Assembly (NCBI RefSeq): GCF_037042905.1
Contig: NW_026974140.1
Span: 4,216,001 to 4,280,000 of the forward strand
DNA: 64,000 nt
Source: Lytechinus pictus
Lineage: Eukaryota
Direction of reading: 5' to 3'
Every line of letters starts with the position of its first letter. Within the stretch, counting starts at the first letter, position 1. Position numbers and translations under genes: made by a program. Of the stretch, positions 48,056 through 61,495 are shown in pieces. The notes below the pieces were generated by a model. That model was not told the origin of the DNA and searched no databases. It saw nothing but the letters and a program-made list of their open reading frames with translations.

Positions 48056-51000
48056 TAAGTCACATACCCCTTAATCTTTTTTATTCCTAATGATAGCTGG
48101 ACAAACATAACTGCCATTCAACACAGGTTTATTCAAGGTTTTAAAAATAGTGTTTATTGTTTTTGCAAGGCAGGAAGGATGACTCCACATAAATGATCTA
48201 ATCTGCACATGAATGTATTAAAACATATGAATTTCTCAACAGAGGAACCATTTCCTAGTCAAATTATCTATTGAAAGACACCTTCTAGAGCATCCACCTT
48301 TACAGGCAATCAAAAAGCAATGATACTTTTCACAGTATACTACCTAATTCTTCAACATTGGATAAGCTTTACATGACAATGAACTGGGATTTTCCAGGGC
48401 ATTTCGGGGGTGAAATCACCCGAGTCCCTACATAATATTTCCCCCTACATCTTTATGATTTTCCTCTTCCATTTATTTCACTTTGGTTTTAAACCCAAGA
48501 CCAAGTCATTATGCCAATGCTTACTTCAATACAGGCCTGTTAAGATTCATTGGGTAAAACTTGAAATACTTCTCCCAGCAATCCACACAAAATAGCATTT
48601 ATCAAATTCTATGTTCACCCCAGGCTTCAGATTGAATAGAACAAAACATTATGGAATAACTTTATTTTAGTTGGGAGGTGTTATTTTTATTCGTTTGTAT
48701 TCTGTAGTTGGGATTTATAGGCAAAATAATACAAACACTTATCACTTCCTTCAATTATCAACCTTTCCTCTAACCTCTGATTCTATTCTAAGCATCATTC
48801 TTATAATAATATATTATTAGGAAGTCTTCCATAAATACATTGAAAATATCCACGAGGACATAAAAGTGTGCACTTTTTTGTACATTCATGTGCTCATGGT
48901 GACAAACTTCTGCAGAGAGTGTTTCAATTTTCAATGAAATACAGACTTTGCACAAAAAGAGGAGAAAGCATTTGAAAGAAATTATTCAATATCAGGAAGA
49001 AAAATTAAACATAAAAAAAAAGACTTTCAATGATGGAATATTGAACTTTTCTTATTTCTAGAAAACAGGTTTTCATGACTTGCTTCTAATCATAATTCTT
49101 CTTTGGAAAAAGAAAGAAGTCATTCATGAAAATAAGAAACCCAAAGTTCAATTCAACACAAAGGCATATACATGTAAAACATATATACCTTGCAAAATTT
49201 GATGCACTACAACACAATCACAAACATAATCAATGGTATATTGAAAGATTTTCCAATATAAGATAATGCACACAAAATAATTACCATTACCAATTTCAGT
49301 TCTTATCATAAAAAAAAAAAATATCAATGATATGTGTCTGATTAATGTATATCTTATAACCAATGGCCTGCCATTCATATATACACAGCTATGTGTATTT
49401 ATATTGCAAACTATTTAAACCATGCTGTAGAAACATTTTATTGAAATCGAACATTCCAGCAAGCAAAATCAATAGAAACTTTGATATGTTACCAAGTCAT
49501 ACCCTACATAAAATAATTGTAACTGCATATCTTTCATTATGCACGACAAGTAAAAGATGTGCGGAAAGAAAATAAGTGCATAGTAAAAATAATATGAGAT
49601 AGATTCCACTAGTTAAAAGTTCATAACTAATCAAAATGCTGTATTGTAAAATTGTAGGAAATAAATTAGGTACATTCTACAATCCATCATAGCATGTAAT
49701 TTCTTTTGTATATCAATATTTTCTTTTTAAAAAATCAAGACAAATATATTCAAGGGGGGAGCAGGGAGGAGTCTACTACTTGTAAGATGTTCTCCCTTTA
49801 TACAAGCTTACTTTCACATTTTGTTTAAATCAGAAGACAATTCAAATTACCAAAATAATGAAGCTAGTCATTCATAACATATTGTTATTCATGATCCATC
49901 AGAATTTTTCTGTTAAAATATTTTTTTTCTTCAATGACATAACATTTTCTACGAATGGGCAGTGTAAATAACAGTTTCCACGACTGATTTCAGGAAAAAG
50001 TTGAGGGCAAAGCGTTTATGAGGAAGATGAATATTGGAATTTGAATTACCAATGGTGATTTTACTTTCATTTGAATAGAAAAATTATGCTTAATCAATAT
50101 AAATGATTAATTTGCAAAACAGACATTGCCCAATTGACATAAAATCATTGGAATAGAGTGGGCATAAATACTACAAAGAAAAAACGACATAAATAACATT
50201 TATATGTGTAATGTGTGAACACACAGAAGCAGGGGGGGGGGGCTAAGGGGGCTTCAGCCCCCCACTTTGAAATTTGACAAATTAAACTGTTGAACAATAA
50301 TTTCTCTTGCGCAAAAATATTTTATCACAAATTTGTGAGTACTGAATATAAATGGCAACTACTATTATACCATCATCTTAATGTATTTTTCAAATAATTT
50401 GTATAAAATAAAGCTATTTTTTGTAGTACTATTCACAATGTATAGAAATATATATGTACATTGAAAGCAAAACATAATTATAAAACAAATAAATACATCA
50501 GAACATCTGAACAAATTAACATTCTCCAATCCATATGATCTAACCTGAAAAAACCTCTCTTCAAATAAATCTGTCAGCAAAAAACAAACAAAGTAAAACC
50601 AAATTAATGGAATATGAACATTTTCATCACTAAACAAATTAAGAAAAAATCTCACCGGTAAAGGGACAATGAAATATCTATAGCCTTTTGAGGCAGAACA
50701 TTTACAAAAATAACACAATATCATGTAAATGTGAATAAAAAGGTGCATGATATATTGATATATGCAAACACATTTGTCATAATATGAAGATTGAGTTGCA
50801 TTATTGTGAAATCTATTACAAAATTTGCTCTAATTCATCTGCCTATGATTCAATCAACTCATATTTCAACTACTCATCAGGGAAAGGGTACATTATTTCT
50901 TCATAACAACAAACATTCAGTTTCTGAATAACATTCCAGCACTCTCTAACTTGGACAGCAGGCACATAAAACTGCTGCTGAATCAAAAGTATCTAGTTCC

Positions 51001-51706
51001 GTCAATTCCTAAACATGCATTTAATAAATAGCATTATAATAATTTCAAATAATCTCCATTTTAAGTGGCAATATGAAATACTGAGTTTGTTAAAAAGCAT
51101 GAAAAAATATTGAGACATACAAAATATAGTAATTGTCAGCAATAGACTAATATGTATTGAGCTGTACCAATGCATATATTGTGCATCTTGCTAATATGGC
51201 ATACTCAATGCTAATTTAAAACATTTGAATTTTGAATTTCAGTGGAGATGTTGTTGGACTATATTTCACAAGGTCAAGGAATCATATCCCAGCAGGAAGT
51301 TACATAAAAAGATATTTTCCTGCAAGCGAATGCTCCTCAAGTGTAATCTACTTTTATGACTTCATTTTATTTCATGAGCTACAACACATATATATTTAAG
51401 TCAGGAACAATTCATGAAGTGGCGTAATTGAGTGAACAAAACTCTAAATCAAAGGATGATGGCAATTCATGTGTAGAATTACAATCACTTATAAATATTG
51501 ATTTCATATCTTTACAACAGGACCAAAAAGTAAGCTTTCTGACATCACTTTCTATATTTCAATTCAACCTAATCTCAAAGTGATTCTTAATGCATGTAAA
51601 GCTTTGTGATACATGCTCCATATATGAGACTTTATATACTGAGTGAGCCCCCCAAACTTGGTTCCAAGAACATATAATCAATATACAAATGGTGCACGGA
51701 TGTGAG

Positions 51707-51857
51707 TGCACAGATGTGAGTGCATCAGTAGGTTTTGTGAGCATAAGGTAACTATGGAACTGTTAAAACCCACGAGGCGCAGCAGAGTGGGTATAAACTA
51801 GTTTACATAATTACCGCATGCTCACTAGTCCTACCAATGCACAAACAAACCTGTGCA
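51707..51857. repeat. Imperfect hairpin with a GAGGCGCAGCAGAG centre (Crypton-like palindromic repeat)
   Basis: Arm GTGCAT..GTAGG..GTGAGCAT..GGTAACTATG..ACCCAC mirrored on the right. Confidence 0.55.
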
Positions 51858-52242
51858 TCATTTGTTTTTATAGAATGGTTGAATTTTTCGGTGAAAAATC
51901 AATTTTTCAAAAAAACCATTTCGTAAGTAATTACCGGACACATGGCAAATTTACGGATGCACGGCTGGCCATGTGGCGGCAATTACTTATGAACGGTACC
52001 CATTCGATAATCACCAATAACCTGAATAGAATACTTGAAAAATCAAGATCATGACAACACACCGTGATGTCACTTGTAGACATCAATATAATCATGCAAC
52101 CATCTCTCTGTAAGAGTAGCTTGATAATGCCTCAATGCCTCCTGTAAAGTGGTGGTGTTCCACTAGGAGTATGGATGGGTTCAAGATACTTTTATTACAC
52201 AACCCTGTCAAAAACAACTTAATTCAAACATAAAAATTCAAA

Positions 52243-52474
52243 TCAGAGGACACCCTCTTCATCTTCCTCTCGAAGTAAAGTGATGCCGTAGCCATCCCGC
52301 GACCTGTCACCTCTCCCCATGGTCCTTCGCAACCATGATAGGCCATTGCTGGAAGTCTGCATGTTGACTTCAATGTCGTCCGTTGATAAAGGTTTGTGTT
52401 TGTTGACGGTAGGAAGCCATCGTGAGAGCCAAAGGTGGTGCTGAGGAACCTGTTCTATGTCTGGCTTCTTGTAA
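52243..52474 (-). CDS. ATP7: ATP7 last coding exon (YKKPDIEQ...GITLLREEDEEGVL*)
   Basis: CAG acceptor, phase 2; YKKP follows TM8; dileucine plus acidic tail; TGA stop. Confidence 0.88.
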
Positions 52475-53199
52475 CTGTATATAGAATAAATAATCACATA
52501 TCGAAGGGGTATGTCCTCTCGAACACGAGTATAATAATGATGATGATGGTTACACTTACACAATCTATTTGAAAACAATGTTATTTGGTAGTGTACTTCA
52601 ATGCTTTTGTTCCTTGTCAACAGTATGGATGCTAAATATTTCACTGCTCTTCATCCTCAGAAAACAGCACTACAGAAATTCAATCATTGCTATCATTATA
52701 ACTCTTATTACAAGTAGCAGATGAAAAATATACCAATCAAGTGGGCATATCTTATGAGACTACACAATCAAAATGTTGCATTTTGGGTAAGGGATCAAAT
52801 ACAGAGTAGTTCAAAACTGCACAAATTAAATTCCATTCTGAGAGTTGGTCAGCATTTTAGAGCAAGAAAATATAAGATTGAGTAGGCATTCATATGGGAA
52901 ATATTAATAAGAGCATTGCAATCTTCTTATAGTTGCAGTCTCTTTTGATTTTACAGGTTATCAAATCACAAAAAATATGATTCTCTTCTTTAGAACAGGC
53001 AGTTTTAGACCAAATATGAAATAAATATTGGCCCTCCCTCAAGTTTATTTTACAAGCTGTTTCATGATAGAAAAAGATAGACTACAGTGTTGAATGTAGC
53101 ATTAGACATTATCATTAAGGGCAGTTTATATGCCCATGGGATATGCAATATTTGGTAGTTAACTATTGAGATCTCATGTTATCTACCGAATAGACTTAC

Positions 53200-53302
53200 A
53201 ATTTAAGTAGAAGTGATGATGTAACAACAGATACACTTGACATCGCCATGGCACCAGCTGCCATCCAAGGTTGAAGGGCTATACCCCACTGCATCAACGC
53301 AC
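53200..53302 (-). CDS. ATP7: ATP7 TM8 exon (ALMQWGIALQPWMAAGAMAMSSVSVVTSSLLLK)
   Basis: CAG/GTAAG boundaries, phase 1-2, MxxSS motif. Confidence 0.93.
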
Positions 53303-53650
53303 CTGTAAAGAGAATGATATCAGAGAGAACATTACCACAATCAATAGGTAGAAAGTAAAGCATGGCACCAGCTGCCATCCAAGGTTGAAGGGCTATACCC
53401 CACTGCATCAACGCACCTGTAAAGAGAATGATATCAGAGAGAACATTACCACAATCAATAGGTAGAAAGTAAAGCATGGCACCAGCTGCCATCCAAGGTT
53501 GAAGGGCTATACCCCACTGCATCAACGCACCTGTAAAGAGAATGATATCAGAGAGAACATTACCACAATCAATAGGTAGAAAGTAAAGCATGGCACCAGC
53601 TGCCATCCAAGGTTGCAGGGGTTTAACCCACTATATCAATGCACCAGTAA
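53247..53650. repeat. 114-bp tandem repeat: 3 identical units plus a diverged partial unit, spanning the acceptor and 5' half of the TM8 exon
   Basis: CATGGCACCAGCTGCC starts at 53247, 53361, 53475 and 53589. Confidence 0.95.
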
Positions 53651-53824
53651 GTAATATAACTATATTACAATTGATAAATATGAATCAAACTATTGCACTA
53701 GTAGACACTCATATTTACCCAGAAGGAGGAATAGTGTCTCCTTTAATTTACTTTTATTTTTAATGGTAGCAATCCCACATGAAATGATTAGAGAGAGAAA
53801 ATGTACCAAGAGTAGACTTTAAAG

Positions 53825-53956
53825 NNNNNNNNNNNNNNNNNNNNNNNNNNNNNNNNNNNNNNNNNNNNNNNNNNNNNNNNNNNNNNNNNNNNNNNNNNNN
53901 NNNNNNNNNNNNNNNNNNNNNNNNNNNNNNNNNNNNNNNNNNNNNNNNNNNNNNNN
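53825..53956. other. Assembly gap (132 N)
   Basis: Run of N. Confidence 1.
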
Positions 53957-54219
53957 ATTTCACAAAAATAATCAGTGTATGAAAGAGGCTTAAACAGTCT
54001 CTACACTTTTGTAAGATTGTGATTATAGAAATATAAAAAACAAATAGAAATCACCTTCTTAAATTATTATAGTTTTAAAGCTTTATGCTTGCTCAAAAAA
54101 GTATATATCTCATAAAAACAAACATGGACAGGATATTTTAATGCAAAAGACAAAAAGAAAACACAAAATATCATTAGAGATCAAGTCTAATGAGAGAATA
54201 AACTGAAAGTATACATTAC

Positions 54220-54337
54220 CTGCGGCAATGGGAATGGCAATGATATTATAGACGAGAGCAAACATGAAATTGATGTGAATCCTTTTAACAGTCTTATGTG
54301 ATAGGTCAATGGCTGCGACCACATCTTGGAGATCATC
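54220..54337 (-). CDS. ATP7: ATP7 TM7 exon ([39 protein letters not shown])
   Basis: CAG/GTAAT boundaries, YN motif. Confidence 0.95.
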
Positions 54338-54529
54338 CTGAATATAAAAGATAGGTCAGAGAATAATTTCATATAGCTGTTCTTAACATCAGGCATGGCT
54401 TTATAATAAAGACTGGTATGGTCTTGCAACATTTGCTACTCCGCTAGTTTCTCTGAAGATATAAAGGGGGGTGAGGGTTGTGATAGGGTATTAAGTTCAG
54501 GTACATGTAAGGATTAGGATTGATGTTAA

Positions 54530-56418
54530 AGGAGAAATATATTGAAAATCGTAAAAATGGAGAATCATATATCAAATCAAAGGCGAAAATAAGGAGAACA
54601 CGATGATGTACATCATTTATCATGGAGACCGATGGAACTCAGTTAATTGATAGTTTAAAGTTCTCTCTCTGAATGCTTCAAACACGCAGAATTACGTCCG
54701 CGAAATTGGGGATTTTTTATGACGTCACTTTCTGTACGAGAGGCGTGATTGGCTCTCCCACGTGAAGCTCCACTTGCATGCAAAACCTGTTGCGAGGGTA
54801 CGTTTTCTCCACATTGTCACTGAATACTTCGCGATCACGAAATGAAAGAAAACCCAGAATTTTATCTAGATTTGGATTTTCAAATTGATGATTTTGAAGA
54901 TGAAGAGAATGATGATGAAATGAACAACAAAGTGACGTAGTTGGAGGTAAATTGGGGGAATTACGCCGATGATGATGAGTCGGACAATTCAACTTGCAGC
55001 ACGATCACATGCCGATTCGCTACCTAACTCATGCAGCATGCTAAGTGCTAGCTACACCGCGCGGGCCAAATTGAATTCATGAAAATGAATTACCACACTG
55101 TCCAGACAGAGTCTCTTACCTCTGTGACTATGAAGAAGGAAAATAATGATAAAACTGTACTTACAAACAGTCAAGTGAATGTAATCCGAACCTGAAGGCA
55201 ACTCAACGAATAGCAGCAGACGATATATGCACCGACGATGAACTTCATGTGGCTGGGATAGATTGTCACTCGTTCTGTTAGATGTAATTTTTATCTCATT
55301 AATTTGACAAAATTACGAAAATCGGGGAATTATTTATCTATATAAAAAAAAAGTAACATCTCGTATAATTTCTAAATTACGATAAAACATTTTTTGAAGG
55401 AAAACGTTGAGGTAAATTAAAATTAGATGTAAAAGATCCCCAACATGCGTAGCTTGATTGAGAGCTGTGCAACACGTGCATAGATCTACTCTCTCAGCCA
55501 AGGCGCGATCAAGCAATACGGCATGTTTGTGATTTTGATTACGATCACATATACGAGCTTTTAAAAGGTTTTATCGTAATTTAAAAAATAATACGAGATG
55601 TTACTATATTTTTATATAGATAAATAATTCCCCGAGTTTCGTAATTTTGTCAAATTAATGAGATAAAAATTACATCTAACAGAACGAGTGACAATCTATC
55701 CCAGCCACATGAAGTTTATCGTCGGTGCATATCGTCTGCTGCTATTCGTTGAGTTGCCTTCAGGTTCGGATTACATTCACTTGTTTGTAAGTACAGTTTT
55801 ATCATTATTTTCCTTCTTCATAGTCACAGAGGTAAGAGACTCTGTCTGGACAGTGTGGTAATTCATTTTCATGAATTCAATTTGGCCCGCGCGGTGTAGC
55901 TAGCACTTAGCAGCTGCATGAGTTAGGTAGCGAATCGGCATGTGATCGTGTTGCAAGTTGAATTGTCCGACTCATCATCATCGGCGTAATTCCCCCAATT
56001 TACCTCCAACTACGTCACTTTGTTGTTCATTTCATCATCATTCTCTTCATCTTCAAAATCATCAATTTGAAAATCCAAATCTAGATAAAATTCTGGGTTT
56101 TCTTTCATTTCGTGATCGAAGTATTCAGTGACAGTGTGGAGAAAACGTACCCTCGCAACAGGTTTTGCATGCAAGTGGAGCTTCACGTGGGAGAGCCAAT
56201 CACGCATCTCGTACAGAAAGTGACGTCATCAAATTCAAGTCAATTCGGAGACCGATGCGAGGCATATTTCGGAGAGGCATTTTGAGCGTTTTTTAATCGG
56301 CGATTTTCACCTTATGTATTATTTTCGTTATTTTTGAATGACCCACTAATAATCCCCACATCATTACCTTTCCATTGACATATAATAAGACCACATTCAT
56401 AATCAATATAGTTCTCCT
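54530..56418. mobile_element. Kolobok-type non-autonomous element with a ~1.5-kb internal foldback
   Basis: TTAA|AGGAGAAATATATTGA ... TCAATATAGTTCTCCT|TTAA; near-identical inverted arms 54719-~55397 and ~55559-56229. Confidence 0.88.
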
Positions 56419-57190
56419 TTAAGGAAAGTTTTGAACCTTTTGCTTAGTGTGTGCAGTGTCAGTAGGAGCAATTGTTGCAGGAGCAAATGTAATGGATCCA
56501 CATGGCAACCCCAAGAAGCCCAAAAAGTGTCTCACCTAATTAGCTGTAGTAAAAATATTACGATATTGAATTACAGTTTTTCGAGGAAATACAAGAAAAA
56601 AATGAACATTTTACATACAGTCAGTTTGTTGATGTTATGAAATACTACAAGCTCACCTTTTGACACTTCATATTCTTCAAGCTATGTTTGGATTTACAAG
56701 TAGCTTTATAAAACTGTAGATTACGTTGTGCATGTCTTAATGAACAAACTGAGTGTAATGTGCCAATTTTTTTTTAACATTTTAACTTTAATTCAAGTTA
56801 TCCAATTGAAAACTTTTCTTTAAGTTCATTTTTTTTTTTTTTAAGATTATGTCTGTGTCAATCTTGGAACAAATTTCTGGGAGGTAAAAGATGCATGAAA
56901 GAAGAAAAATCCAATAATCCAACCAAGCTGTGATTAAAATGATTCAGAATCCAATCGCTGGTCATATTACATTGATCATAAAATCATGTGCCACTATAAA
57001 TAGCCCAATGAAACATTTTTAGATATTTGACAAGATTCCTTCCCCCCCTGAAAAAAATCAATCATATTCAATTGCTTATTAAAGAAATCAAATCAACTAT
57101 TTTCACAATAATAACAAAATAAATTTGCATTAATCCTTGTCATATCGTTAATCGAATTAAGTCTAATTTCCAGTTTCTCTCTTTACTTAC

Positions 57191-57394
57191 TCTGATCAAG
57201 ACCACATTGGCTGCCTCTACAGCAACATCTGTGCCTGTTCCTATAGCAATACCGACCTCAGCTTGAGCCAAGGCAGGTGAGTCGTTGACCCCATCTCCTA
57301 CCATGGCGACAAGATGACCTTTCTTCTGAAGTTCCCTGACCTTATCCACTTTGTGTTGAGGAAGAACTTCAGCAAAGATGTGCCCAATACCAAC
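57191..57394 (-). CDS. ATP7: ATP7 exon ([15 protein letters not shown]...[18 protein letters not shown]...VLIR)
   Basis: TAG/GTAAG boundaries, hinge motif GDGVND. Confidence 0.97.
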
Positions 57395-57839
57395 CTATCA
57401 AAATGAGCATGAAATACAACAAAGTAGTTGATAAGAATCTATCTTTTTAATGCCAGCCTATTATAACATGGAAAAGGTGGAAAGAGCACAGATTGAAAGG
57501 ACTCCCTCTCTTGACTTGTAGACCTGCCAACCTTGAAGAACAAGCAAAGGGGCAGAAAATACAGACACACAATACAGACAAATCATTATGAGAGAATTAT
57601 GGCCTTTCAATTTCCTCTAATGATAACAGCCCAGATAAAATTATATCATACTTATATTTCTCGGAAAATTCTATGTGTTTAGAATACATAATTAAAACCC
57701 CTTATTTGCATACTAATTTGCTGTAAAAAGATCATCTGAAGATGTTGCTGTGTTGCATACCAGAGTCAAATGAAACGCTTTGCCTGATACAGGAGTAGGA
57801 TAATTCAGCTTTCAAACATTATTCATGCTGCAAGGTCAT

Positions 57840-60496
57840 TTCTATTCATCTCATTCTTCAACTGGTGATTTTTTAAGTATTATGTATGCACAAGGTTTTA
57901 GACCTTTAATAACTAAACCTACACGCTTAGCACATTGTTCTTTTACTTGTATTGATAACATATTCACAAATGTATTAGATAAAGATATAGTGCCTGGTAT
58001 ACTTTTTTCTGATGTTTCAGATCATCTACCTATTTTTCATTTCACTAAAGCATTTGATCTTATTAATACTACAAAAAATAGAGATCACTATGCGTCTACA
58101 GAAGTTAATTATTCAGATCTTTTATATGACCTGTATAAAGTGGATTGGTCAAGGGTTGAAAAGGCGATTGACCCTAATATTGCATATTCAAATTTTATCG
58201 AAACTTTTACACTCTTGTACAAAAAACATTCCAAAAAATCTAAATTATCTGCAAGACAAAATAAATATATCCCAAAGAAACCTTGGATCACAAAAGGTAT
58301 TTTGAAATGCATTGCAAAAAAACAAAAACTTTTTAGTAATTTCTTACGCAGATCTTCTGTATATAATGAAGCGAGGTACAAGAAATATAGAAATATACTG
58401 AACAACATCATACGTTCTAGCAAAAAAGAATTTTACTCACGAATACTGACAAACAATGTAAAGAATATAACCAAGACTTGGGAAATTATTAAAGAAATTA
58501 TGGGAAGTAAAACTACTTCGAAACTACCCCAATATCTTGATAGTCATAACAGACGTATTGATGATGAAGGTGAAATGGCTAACATGTTTAATTCTTATTT
58601 TTCAAGTATCGGACCAACTATTTCAAAAAAGATAAACAAATCAAGTAAAAGTTTTCATGAATACCTTAATAATAAGTCTTTCAATTCACTTTTTCTACTT
58701 CCTACAAGTGAATCTGAAATTATAAATATCGTTCATGATATGAAGAATACAGTGTCATGTGGTCATGATGATATAAATGCTAAACTTACAAAGAAAATAA
58801 TTCATGGTATAGCTCATCCTTTAACTGTCATTTTCAATCTTTCAATTTCAACAGGTACTGTACCCGATGATTTTAAAACAGCAAAAATTATCCCTGTATA
58901 TAAAAAAGACAATAAGCACCTCGTCGATAATTACCGCCCAATATCCCTATTGCCTACATTCTCAAAGATCCTTGAGCGCGTCGTTTATAAAAGACTTTAC
59001 AACCACTTAATGCACAATAACATTCTAATACATGAACAATTTGGTTTCCGCCAGTCCTACTCTACAGAAAAGGCATTAGTGTATACTATACAACATATAA
59101 TACATTCTCTCGACACAAAAGAAATTCCCATGGCTATCTTTGTTGACCTCAGCAAAGCCTTTGACTCACTCGACCACAATATACTACTCTATAAGCTTAG
59201 GCATTACGGCGTCAGAGGTGTAGCATATAACTGGTTTCAAAACTACCTTTCTGATCGCAAACAGTTTACTTTTTTTAATAATACTAAATCTAATATTTTG
59301 CCAATAACATGTGGTGTCCCACAAGGAAGTATACTAGGTCCTTTGTTGTTTTTAACTTATGTTAACGATATTATCTATTCCTCTAAAATATTAAAATTTG
59401 TACTGTATGCAGATGATACTAATATCATATTGTCACATAAAAATGAATCAAAATTGATTGAATTAACCAATAGTGAACTTCTGTCCGTTGCAAATTGGCT
59501 TAAAGCAAATAAATTGATGATTAATATAAATAAAACCAAGTACATAATATTCCGTTCATTCAAAAAACATTCTGCCCCTAATCTCACAGTTAAAATAGAT
59601 AATACTGAAATAGAAAATGTTCACAGCATAAACTTTTTAGGTGTTACAATCGACGAAAGACTAAATTGGACAGAGCATGTTAATAATATTCATGGGAAAA
59701 TAAGTATGTACATAGGTATTATGCGCAAAATTCGTCATTTCATACCTTTAAAAACCTTATTCATGTTATATAATGCCTTCATCTTGCCGTACTTAAATTA
59801 CTGTGGAATAATTTGGTCAGGTACTACTTCAAAAGACATTAATCGGCTATTCGTTTTGCAAAAGAAAGCAATTCGGCTGTGCACAAACTCGCACTACCTT
59901 GCTCATACTACTTCTCTTTTCAAAAACTTAAATACATTAAAGCTCTCTGATTTGATTAACCTGAAATTGGCAATCTTTATGTTTTCTCATTTTAACGGCT
60001 CACTACCTCCTATTTTAGATGATTTATTTTCTAACAGTAAATTTAAGCACTCATTTAATACACGTAATAAGAATAACGCTATCTTGCCACATTGTCGTAT
60101 ATATCTCACTCAGCGTAACTCCATCATCTTTAAATGTACTAAATTATGGAATGCTCTTACATCTGAAATAAAAAATATACATTCACAATATGCTTTTAAA
60201 TCTAAATATAGAAAAATTATTTTATCTGCTTATTGATTCTACAAAACCTACACAAAACATTTTTTTTTTTGTGTGTCTGTTGTTTGTAGTCTGGTTGTAA
60301 TTGACCTATTGTAGATTTGATTGTTCTTTTATGTTCTTGATTTACCATGTCATAATGTATATTTTGTATGTAAGGGGATCACTGTTTAGCAAGCCATAGG
60401 CTTTTGTTGTGATACCCATACACATTTTATTGTATATATCTGCTTTGCATTTTATGAATTATTAATAAATTGAATTGAATTGAATTGAAATTGAAT
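57840..60496 (+). mobile_element. 5'-truncated but uninterrupted LINE ORF2 (L2/Crack-like), antisense in an ATP7 intron
   Basis: 803-aa ORF 57825-60236 with endonuclease end SDHLPI and RT motifs YRPISLL, DLSKAFD, GVPQGS and YADDT; AATAAA(TTGAA)n tail. Confidence 0.95.
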
Positions 60497-60586
60497 TTCT
60501 CAAAATCTCTGACTTTGCCAAGGATGGATGAAAGGGAAGTGATCTGACAGGCCCTCCTGTGGTTGGCTGGAAACCCTGTCACCTTG

Positions 60587-60666
60587 GACCCCATTTCATA
60601 GTAAAATCATAACTTTGCTATTAATGTAATAATGGCAGAATTACAATTCTTTATGAAATGGGGTCC
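60587..60666. mobile_element. Tiny MITE
   Basis: GGACCCCATTTCATA ... TATGAAATGGGGTCC. Confidence 0.7.
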
Positions 60667-60686
60667 CAGAGCTAGAACTGTCTTAC

Positions 60687-60829
60687 CTGTCCTGCAATGG
60701 CCTGAGCAGTCTTTTTATTATCACCAGTGAGTAGCATGACATCGAGGTTCATCTTCTTCAAGGTACAGATAGCAGCTGCTGCTTCAGGCTTGACTGCATC
60801 AGCTACACTGATCATACCTACCAGCTCAC
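60687..60829 (-). CDS. ATP7: ATP7 exon ([16 protein letters not shown]...[17 protein letters not shown])
   Basis: CAG/GTAAG boundaries, TGDN motif. Confidence 0.96.
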
Positions 60830-61330
60830 CTGAGGGAAAGAGAGAGAGATAGGGAGAGGGGGATAAGAGAATGACAAAACCCCAGATAACGTAAGCATAC
60901 AAAGGAAAGAAGCCGAACCGATTCCAGAGAAGAGAAGCAAAAGACAAAAGAAAGGATGAGTAGGAGGAGAAAAGGAGGTTGAATCATTCAAAACTTATAT
61001 TGCCTCACTTCTTATCAACAAGAAATTAAATAGAAAAAAAAATCAAATGCAACTTTCAGTGTAATGATATATCTATAAACAATGCAAAATTAATACTGTT
61101 ATTTGAAAGTGAAAGGGAAATAAATATAAGGGAAAATGGTTATGCCAGTAGAACTAGATATATAAACAAATTCCCTGTGCAATTCCTATGAGAATACTTT
61201 CTATTATAATTGTATTTTGTACTTTGTATATTTAAATAATTCAAATATGTGAATTCAGTATTTACTGCAAGACATGTATTTTAATAAATCATGAATCGAA
61301 CTGAAGTGATATGAAAGACATAATCCTTAC

Positions 61331-61495
61331 CATTAATTGCCACTAAGACAGCAGTTTGCCCGAGCTCTTCCCTTGCTCCCAATGAAGCATCAATCTGATC
61401 AGCCATTGGTACAAAGTTACGATGCATCCACTCACGGTTGCCAATAGCAACGACATAATGATCAGTCTTAGTCCCTTTAGAAGCAGCGACATGTC
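61331..61495 (-). CDS. ATP7: ATP7 N-domain exon (HVAASK..VAIGNREWM..GQTAVLVAIN)
   Basis: CAG/GTAAG boundaries, GNREWM motif. Confidence 0.94.

Noticed and set aside
53196-53606. Stand-alone 136-aa repeat protein
   Set aside because: It is the ATP7 TM8 exon read through its tandem duplications.
54717-56207. ORFs 54717-54992, 55334-55516 and 56010-56207 as genes
   Set aside because: They lie inside a non-coding foldback element and show no recognisable domain.
58012-59587. Short ORFs overlapping the LINE in other frames
   Set aside because: Shadow ORFs of the RT coding sequence.
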